Source: Octopus sinensis (taxonomy: Eukaryota). Taken from it: a stretch of 8,128 nt of DNA. Every line of letters starts with the position of its first letter. Within the stretch, counting starts at the first letter, position 1. The position numbers were made by a program, and so were the translations under genes. Below, piece by piece: positions 1-6,837 of this stretch. The stretch is taken from assembly GCF_006345805.1 (NCBI RefSeq), contig NW_021828539.1, positions 1 to 8,128 on the forward strand. Reading direction: 5' to 3'. A model generated the notes under the pieces. The model did not search any database. It was given only the letters and a program-made list of their open reading frames with translations, and was not told the origin of the DNA.

Positions 1-92
1 AAAATATATATAACCACATCAAATATGAAGATTATAAGATACTGTATGCTTAATTGAAAACAGTTGACAAGAGAATTCTGAATGCTAAAGGG

Positions 93-389
93 ATATATAT
101 ATATATATGTGTGTGTGTGTATATATATGTATGTATATTATATATATGTGTGTGGACTTATGTGTATATATATATATATTTATAGATAGATAGATAGATG
201 TGTGTATGTTTATATAAAAGGTATGTTCAAATATGTGTGTGTATATATGTGTGTGTGTGTGTGTATGTATATATATATATATGTATGTATATTATATATA
301 TGTGTGTGGACTTATGTGTGTATATATATATATTTATAGATAGATCGATAGATAGATGTGTGTGTATATATAAAAGGTATGTTCAAATA

Positions 390-422
<33 letters not shown>

Positions 423-605
423 ATGTATATATATATATATTTATAGCTAGATAGATAGATGTGTGTATGTTTATATAAAAGGTATGTTCAAATATGTGTG
501 TGTATATATATGTGTGTGTGTGTGTATGTATATATATATATATGTATGTATGTATATTATATATATGTGGTGGACTTATGTGTGTATATATATATATATA
601 TATTT

Positions 606-639
<34 letters not shown>

Positions 640-702
640 GTGTGTATGTTTTTATAAAAGGTATGTTCAAATATGTGTGTGTGTATATATGTGTGTATAT
701 AT
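93..702. repeat. Higher-order tandem repeat built from (TA)n/(TG)n/(GATA)n blocks, about 4 units
   Basis: The anchor AAAAGGTATGTTCAAATATG recurs at 216, 372, 477 and 656 (spacing 156, 105, 179). The anchor GGACTTATG recurs at 154, 308 and 572 and is absent from the third unit. Confidence 0.92.
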
Positions 703-796
703 TTACATCTGTGTGTCAGATTGTAAGGAATGGTTTTCATATAGTGTGGAAATATATATGATGTATGTATATAAAAATATATATCTGGTGTACAGA

Positions 797-841
797 ATAT
801 ATATATGTGTGTGTGTGTGTGTGTATATAAACTCTGAAATA

Positions 842-893
<52 letters not shown>

Positions 894-925
894 GATACAG
901 AGAACTGTATGTGTGTATATATTTA
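797..925. repeat. (TA)n/(TG)n microsatellites
   Basis: Direct reading: (TA)n(TG)n at ~797-829 and (TA)n at ~848-891. Confidence 0.9.
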
Positions 926-981
926 TATCGTTCGTTATTTTGTAAAGAGATAGTTTGTTAGGTCCATCAGCTTAATTTTTT

Positions 982-1043
982 GAGAGAAAGAAGGAGGAAA
1001 GAGAGGAAGAGTAAGAGGTGCAAAGAGAGACAGAGAGAGAGGT

Positions 1044-1074
<31 letters not shown>

Positions 1075-1083
1075 GAGAGTGTG
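982..1083. repeat. Polypurine tract with (GA)n and (AGAC)n microsatellite
   Basis: GA-rich run followed by about 6 AGAC copies at 1048-1073. Confidence 0.9.
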
Positions 1084-1084
1084 T

Positions 1085-1445
1085 TTCCCTGTCTGCCCCG
1101 CGAACTACTCCTCCCACTACTTGCAGCCCGTGCAGACACAGTGGCGCCCTCTGTCCTCACATCGCTTCCACAAGTCCGCCGCTAATTCAGAGTTGTCTCC
1201 TCCTTTTGCAGTGCCACCTCTCTGTACTCCTCCTCATCGTCATCATCGTCATCGTCATCATCGGCGGCGGCGTCATCGTTGCCCTTCATACATGTCCTTG
1301 GTCGTCATCGTTGTCTGAGTTGCTGGCGGGGAGTCACAAGACCGGTGCCCTGAAGTTTAAGAAAGATCCCCTTAAGCGACTATGCCTTTCTCGGCAAGGG
1401 ACAAACAAAGGCGGGTGGGGGCGGGCAGGACGTTGGGAGGGTCGA
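1085..1445. other. Unique GC/CpG-rich island, possible exon or promoter region
   Basis: Visibly GC- and CpG-rich relative to the AT-rich flanks. It contains a (CAT/CGT)n-(CGG)3 triplet run at 1234-1278 and GC-box-like GGCGGG (1410-1415) and GGGGCGGG (1418-1425). No recognisable protein domain. Confidence 0.4.
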
Positions 1446-1518
1446 GGATGGAGAGCATGCGACAAAATTTATATGGTTGTGGGTGTATGAAAGAAGGGTG
1501 TATAAGATTGCTTTATCT

Positions 1519-1744
1519 TATTTCTTTATTGCCCACAAGGGGCTAAACACAGAGGGGACAAACAAGGACAGACTAAGGGATTAAGTCGATTACATCGACC
1601 CCAGTGCGTAACTGGTACTTTATTTTATCGACCCCGAAAGGATGAAAGGCAAAGTCGACCTCGGCAGAATTTGAACTCACAACGTAGCAACAGACGAAAT
1701 ACCGCTAAGTATTTCGCCCGGCGTGCTAACGTTTCTGCCAGCTC
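1519..1744 (-). mobile_element. Near full-length tRNA-derived SINE (octopus-type) with target-site duplication
   Basis: The minus strand begins GAGCTGGCAGAAACGTTAGCACGCCGG (A-box-like), has a B-box GTTCAAATT (plus strand 1668-1676), a core GTCGACTTTGCCTTTCATCCTTTCGGGGTCGAT, and an A-rich tail AATAAAGAAATA. It is flanked by the direct repeat GCTTTATCT at 1510-1518 and 1745-1753. Confidence 0.85.
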
Positions 1745-1903
1745 GCTTTATCTATTACACAATGGGGTGATTCACAGTAGGGGTAGGAGCTCTATGTACC
1801 ATTCTTAATATCAAAATTGTTAGCTAGACCCACTTCACAATCCCGGGGACAATCTAGTTGCAGGATCTGCTTTTCTGAGAAACTTCATATACTCGTGCAA
1901 CTA

Positions 1904-1952
1904 ATATATATATATATATATTATATACACATTAGGTGTGTGAGTGTGTGTG
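1904..1952. repeat. (TA)n(TG)n microsatellite abutting a SINE body
   Basis: Direct reading. Confidence 0.85.
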
Positions 1953-2125
1953 TCTGTCCCTCCAACATCACTTGGCAACTGATGCTGGTGTGTTTACGTC
2001 CCTATAACTTAGCGGTTCAGCAAAAGAGACCAATAGAATAAGTATTAGGCTTACAAAGTATAAGTCCTGGGGTCGATTTGCTCGGCTAAAGACTGCTCAA
2101 GCATGGCCACAGTCAAATAAAAGAA
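1951..2125 (+). mobile_element. 5'-truncated SINE body (second octopus-type family), 3' half
   Basis: GATGCTGGTGTGTTTACGTCCCTATAACTTAGCGGTTCAGCAAAAGAGACC...CTGGGGTCGATTTGCTCGGCTAAAG...AGCATGGCCACAGTCAAAT. Homologous segments recur inverted at 2150-2200, 2231-2284 and 7299-7473. No Pol III head is present. Confidence 0.8.
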
Positions 2126-2149
2126 TATATATACATATATATATATTTA

Positions 2150-2200
2150 TTTTTCATCTAGTTACAGCTCACGAGCTGTGGCCATGTTGGGGCACCGCCA
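2150..2200 (-). mobile_element. SINE 3'-end fragment (variant tail)
   Basis: The reverse complement reads TGGCGGTGCCCCAACATGGCCACAGCTCGTGAGCTGTAACTAGATGAAAA and shares GGTGCNCCARCATGGCCRCAG with the other copies. Confidence 0.7.
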
Positions 2201-2230
2201 TATATATATATTTTGTTCTTATTCTGTTAG

Positions 2231-2284
2231 TTGTTTCAGTCATTTGACTGCGGCCATGCTGGAGCACTGCCTTTAGTCGAGCAA
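2231..2284 (-). mobile_element. SINE 3'-end fragment
   Basis: The reverse complement TTGCTCGACTAAAGGCAGTGCTCCAGCATGGCCGCAGTCAAATGACTGAAACAA aligns to 2078-2118. Confidence 0.8.
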
Positions 2285-2633
2285 TATATTCTTTGCTGAC
2301 ATTTACTCGCTAGGCGACATTCTAGCCATGGCAATTCCATCTTTATTTACAGACTACATTTTTTTCTTTCTCCTTTTTTTTAAAAAATTTTATTTGGTAA
2401 TTTTTTTCCCTCAGATTTTTTCCTTTTCTTTTTCTCTTTCTTCTTCTCTTTGGTCATTTCTAAAATGTATCTGGGACCGGGACTTAATTAGTCAAAAAGT
2501 TGTTTATTTACAATAAACACCCACAGCAAAAAAAAACAAAAAAAACAAGGGGTCAAAAGGAAGACAAAGAATGGCAGTGGGGGGGAGAGGGTATTGCGAA
2601 AGGGGGGGGGTTATAAGTTTGGTCAGAAGAGGG

Positions 2634-3066
2634 GGGGTGATGGTGGTGGTGGCATTTAGAGTTGCTACTTATAATAGTTGTTATTGTAGTAGCTGGTGTA
2701 GTAGGTGGTGGTGGTATTCGTGGATGTGGTCATTGTAATGGTGGTGGTGGTAGTGTTGGTGATGTTAGTGTTGGCATTGGTGATGGTGTTGGTGGTTGTA
2801 ATGTTGTTGGTGATGGTGGTAGTGGTGTTGTTGTTAGTAGTGGTGGTCATGGTGGTGTTGACACTGGTGGTGGTGGTGGTGTTAGTGGTATAGATGGCGC
2901 TATTGTTGGGTTTGTTGTTGTTGATGGTGATGGTGGTGGTGGAGGTGACAGTTGTGATGGCTGTGGTGATGATGATGGTGGTAGTGTTGGTGGTTGCGTT
3001 GTCTGTGGTGGTGGAGGCGTGGCAGTTGACTCTAGTAGTTTTGCTAGTTTCTTTGTTGTTGTTGTT
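2634..3066. repeat. Degenerate trinucleotide repeat (GGT/GTT/GAT)n
   Basis: A triplet-periodic G/T-rich tract, open in several frames (poly-G/V on plus, poly-T/N on minus) purely from composition. Confidence 0.9.
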
Positions 3067-3136
3067 CTTTGTAGAGGAAGTATGAGTGTGAGAGGTCATG
3101 TCTGGAGAGTAATCACATGTGCTTGCGTGGTAAATG

Positions 3137-3410
3137 AGTGTGTGTGTGTGTGTGTGTGGAGACAGACAACTAGATAAGGTGGAGAAATAAATTGAGAGAG
3201 AGAAAGAGAGATAGAGAGAGAGAAAGAGAGAGAGAGAGAGGGAGAGAGAGAGGGAGAGAGATAGATAGATAGATAGATAGATAGACAGATAGATAGATAG
3301 ATAGATAGATAGGTTGGTAGATAGATAGATAGGTTGGTAGATAGATAGATAGATAGACAGATAGATAGATAATTAGGTAGGTAGGTTGGTAGACAGACAG
3401 ACACACAGAC

Positions 3411-3441
<31 letters not shown>

Positions 3442-3611
3442 TAGATAGACAGACAGACAGACAGATAGATAGACAGACAGACAGACAGATAGATAGACAG
3501 ACAGACAGATAGATGAAACATACTTGAATAGACAGAAAGAGATAGATAGAAGGGGAAAGAGAAATATGGATTAGATGATAGATAGATAGATAGGTAGATA
3601 GATAGATAGAG
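3137..3611. repeat. Compound microsatellite (TG)n - (GA)n - (GATA/GACA/GGTA)n
   Basis: (TG)n at ~3137-3158, (GA)n at ~3194-3262 and tetranucleotide repeats at ~3259-3611. Confidence 0.95.
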
Positions 3612-3988
3612 TGTTCACAGTATCCACATAAGGTCATAAACCTTTCTCTACAGAGTACCAAATAACCAGATAAGCCACATAACAATATTTAACAAAAACA
3701 ATAAGGATTCCTTCGGGGGGTTTTCGTTTTGGTCCCCCCCTTCATCTTGTACCTTCCTTTTGAAATCATTGTCGCAGCCAACACCATTCATAGTGAAAGA
3801 CAAGGGACGTAACTAATGCGGGGACAGGAGAAATACAGGGAACGGCTTTGAGTTGCATACACATGTATTGTACTCCAGGAGTTTTTGTGGAGTTTTTCGG
3901 TTTGACCGGCAGTTTTTTTCCAGCGGGGTCATATGAAATTGTCACCCATAATTATGACCCTTGTATCGATCTATTGCATTTCAATCTG

Positions 3989-4395
3989 TTTTAGGGTTAG
4001 GGGTGGGGGGAAGGGTATTTTTTTTTCTTCAGAAATGTAAATAAACCCAATCTGTTTCTTAAACGAGGGACATATTCATACGGCACAGAATGTTTTTTTT
4101 TACCTCAATAGACGTCATTGATTGGTTGGAATTGCAGAAATTGAAGAAAAAACAACAACAAATATCTTACAAACTATAGAATTTTAGGGGTAGGGTTATT
4201 TAGGGTTAGGGTTAGGGGTGAGGGGAAGGGTATCTTTTTTTTCTTCACAAATGTAAATAAACCCAATCTGTTTCTTAAACGAGGACAATTTATGACACAG
4301 AATGTTTTTTTACCTCAATAGACGTCATTGATTGGTTGAAATTGCAGAAATTGAAGAAAAAACCCAACAAATATTCTTACAAACTATAGAATTTT
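3989..4395. repeat. Two-copy ~200-bp tandem duplication inside the TIR element
   Basis: AAGGGTAT...GTAAATAAACCCAATCTGTTTCTTAAACGAGG...CCTCAATAGACGTCATTGATTGGTTG...CTTACAAACTATAGAATTTT occurs twice (AAGGGTAT at 4011 and 4226). The junction has TTTT microhomology at 4182-4185. Confidence 0.93.
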
Positions 4396-5814
4396 CTCAA
4401 TAAAGCCAAGAGAAAAAGATGTTTTATAAACACATTTACAGTATACAAGTTTACAAGTGTTTAGTTACGTGGAAATTATTTTAAAAAGCTGCTGTTCAAA
4501 CCGAAAAGACCCAAATATCTTACAAACTATAGAATTTTCTCAATAAAGCCAAGAGAAAAAGATGTTTTATAAACACATTCTACCAGTATACGAAGTTTAA
4601 AAGTGTTTAGTTACGTGGAAATATTTTAAAAAACTGCCGGTCAAACCGAAAAGACCCAAATATCTTACAAACCATAGAATTTTCTCAATAAAGCCAAGAG
4701 AAAAAGATGTTTTATAAACACTTTCACAGTATACGAAGTTTAAAAGTGTTTAGTTACATGGAAATATTTTAAAAAACTGCCGGTCAACCGAAAAAAAAGA
4801 CCAAAATCTTACAAACCATAGAATTTTCTCAATAAAGCCAAGAGAAAAAGATGTTTTATAACAACACTTCTACCAGTATACGAAGTTTAAAAGTGTTTAG
4901 TTACATGGAAATTATTTTAAAAAACTGCCGGTCAAACCGAAAAGACCCAAATATCTTACAAACCATAGAATTTTCTCAATAAAGCCAAGAGAAAAAGATG
5001 TTTTATAAACACATTCTACCAGATACGAAAGTTAAAAGTGTTTAGTTACATGGAAATTATTTTAAAAAACTGCGGTCAAACCGAAAAGACCCAAATATCT
5101 TACAAACCATAGAATTTTCTCAATAAAGCCAAGAGAAAAAGAGGTTTATAAACACATTCTACCAGTATACGAAGTTTTAAAGGTTTAGTTACATGGAAAT
5201 TATTTTAAAAAATGCCGGTCAACCGAAAAGACCCAATATCTTACAAACCATAGAATTTTTCCAATAAAGCCAAGAGAAAAAGATGTTTTATAAACACATT
5301 CTACCAGTATACGAAGTTTAAAAGTGTTTAGTTACATGGAAATTATTTTAAAAAACTGCCGGTCCAAACCGAAAAGACCCAAATATCTACAAACATAGAA
5401 TTTTCTCAATAAAGCCAAGAGAAAAAGATGTTTTATAAACACATTCTACCAGTATACGAAGTTAAAAGTGTTTAAGTTACGTGGAAATTATTTTAAAAAA
5501 CTGCGGTCAAACCGAAAAGACCCAAATATCTTACAAACATAGAATTTTCTCAATAAAGCAAGAGAAAAAGATGTTTTATAAACACATTCTACCAGTATAC
5601 GAAGTTTAAAAGTGTTTAGTTACATGGAAATTATTTTAAAAAAAACTGCCGGTCAAACGAAAAAGACCCAAATATCTTACAAACTATAGAATTTTCTCAA
5701 TAAAGCCAAGAGAAAAAGATGTTTTATAAACACATTCTACCAGTATATGAAGTTTAAAATTTTTTGGTTGCCTAGAAATTATGTTAAAAACTGCCATTCA
5801 AACCAAAAAGATCC
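4368..5814. repeat. Tandem array of ten ~145-bp monomers, each ending in a copy of the right TIR
   Basis: Monomer starts (CAAATATCTT-like) are at 4368, 4512, 4657, 4802, 4948, 5092, 5234, 5380, 5523 and 5669, giving periods of 142-146. Interior monomers end with AAAAACTGCCGGTCAAACCGAAAAGACC. Confidence 0.97.
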
Positions 5815-5854
5815 GTTTTTGCTTTGTTTTACTAACGAGACCAATGCTTGTATA

Positions 5855-6837
5855 TGGTATGTAAAAAGCACCATTTGTGCATTGGACCTCATAGAGGCAA
5901 TGTGGCTGATGCTGGGGTCACATAACTGGCACCTGTGTTGGTGGCACATAAAAAGCACCACTTCAGTTTTGGGCCTTATGGAGGCAATGTGGATGATGCG
6001 GGTGTCACATAACTGGCACCTGTGTCGGTGGCACATAAAAAGCACCCTTTGAACATTGAGCCTCATGGGAGCAGTGACAAGTGACCAAGGCCTTTGGTTA
6101 TATATTCTGTGCTTGAGAAGACATGTCAAGCTGAGAGAGATCGTAGTTTTTGGCCAATGTCGGTGTTTCATAACTGGCACCTGTGTCGGTGGCACATAAA
6201 AGCACCACTTCAGTGTTGGACCTCATGGAGGTAATGTGTCTGTTGACAGTATCACCTAAATAGCACCATTTGAGCCTCATAGAGACAATGTGGCCGATGT
6301 CAGTGTCATGTAACTGGTTCCCATGTCGGTGGCACATAAAAAGCACCATTTGAGCACTGAGCCTTATGGAGGCAATATGGTTGATGCCGGTGTCACAAAA
6401 CTGGCACATAAAAGGTACCATTTGAGCATTGGGCCTCAAAAAGACAATGTGGCCAATGTAGGTGTCATGTCAGTGGCACATAAAAAGCACCATTTGAGTA
6501 TTGGACCTCATGGAGGTAATATGGTCGATGCCAGTGTCACATAACTGGCACCTGTGCCAGCGGCACAAAAAAGGGCACCATTTGAGCGTTGGGCCTCTTG
6601 GAGTTGTTGGTGATAGGAAAAGCATCCAGCTGTAAAAACCTTACCAAACCTGATCTTGTGCCATGTAAAACACACTCAGTCCGCTTTGCAGGGTGGCTGG
6701 TATTAGGAAGGGTATCCAGGTGTGAAAATCCTGCCAAAACTGACACAGCAGCCTGGGGTAGTCTTCTACCTGGTTGGCTCTTGTCAGACCGTCCACCCAT
6801 GCCAGCATGGAAGGCTGACATTAAACAATGATGATAA
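5855..6837 (+). mobile_element. Degenerate (GAT)n-tailed retroposon (SINE/LINE-3'-like) with an expanded ~87-bp internal tandem array
   Basis: The anchor AAAAAGCACC or a variant occurs at 5863, 5950, 6037, 6198, 6258, 6338, 6410, 6482 and ~6567. It is followed by TAGGAARRG(C/T)ATCCAG (twice) and CCGTCCACCCATGCCAGCATGGAAGG...TTAAACAATGATGAT. Homologous to 7507-7810. Confidence 0.75.

Larger units (their letters stand above)
3889..5814. mobile_element. Non-autonomous TIR DNA transposon (MITE-like) expanded by internal tandem arrays
   Basis: Left end GGAGTTTTTCGGTTTGACCGGCAGTTTTT (3889-3917) versus the reverse complement of the right end (5786-5814), GGATCTTTTTGGTTTGAATGGCAGTTTTT: 24/29 identical. 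Flanks GTTTTTGT (3881-3888) and GTTTTTGC (5815-5822) match 7/8, consistent with an 8-bp TSD. No transposase ORF. Confidence 0.8.

Noticed and set aside
198-961. ORFs 198-446 and 638-961 (C/V/Y/I-rich)
   Set aside because: They are translations of (TG)n/(TA)n microsatellites, which lack stops in these frames by composition.
1660-1744. tRNA gene
   Set aside because: A/B-box-like motifs are present, but no cloverleaf is evident and the sequence continues into a SINE body with a tail and TSD.
2328-2516. Phe/Ser-rich ORF and acceptor-like TTTTTTCCCTCAG at ~2401-2414
   Set aside because: A pyrimidine-rich low-complexity tract, where such motifs are expected by chance and no supported exon follows.
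2662-3177. Gly/Val-rich and Thr/Asn-rich ORFs resembling glycine-rich or mucin-like proteins
   Set aside because: They are open in several frames on both strands because of the (GGT/GTT)n repeat, with no unique domain, convincing start or splice context.
3096-3685. Minus-strand ORFs of 141 and 171 aa (LSIY/LSVC repeats)
   Set aside because: They are translations of (TATC/TGTC)n tetranucleotide repeats.
4182-4218. True telomere or chromosome-fusion site
   Set aside because: Only a few TTAGGG units are present, embedded in a duplicated segment of a TIR element, with no head-to-head CCCTAA tract.
4368-5814. CRISPR-like array
   Set aside because: There are no unique spacers; whole monomers repeat. 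The context is eukaryotic and there are no cas genes.
5855-6600. Repeat-spacer (CRISPR-like) pattern around GGCACATAAAAAGCACC
   Set aside because: The intervening segments are homologous to each other, so this is a degenerate tandem repeat.
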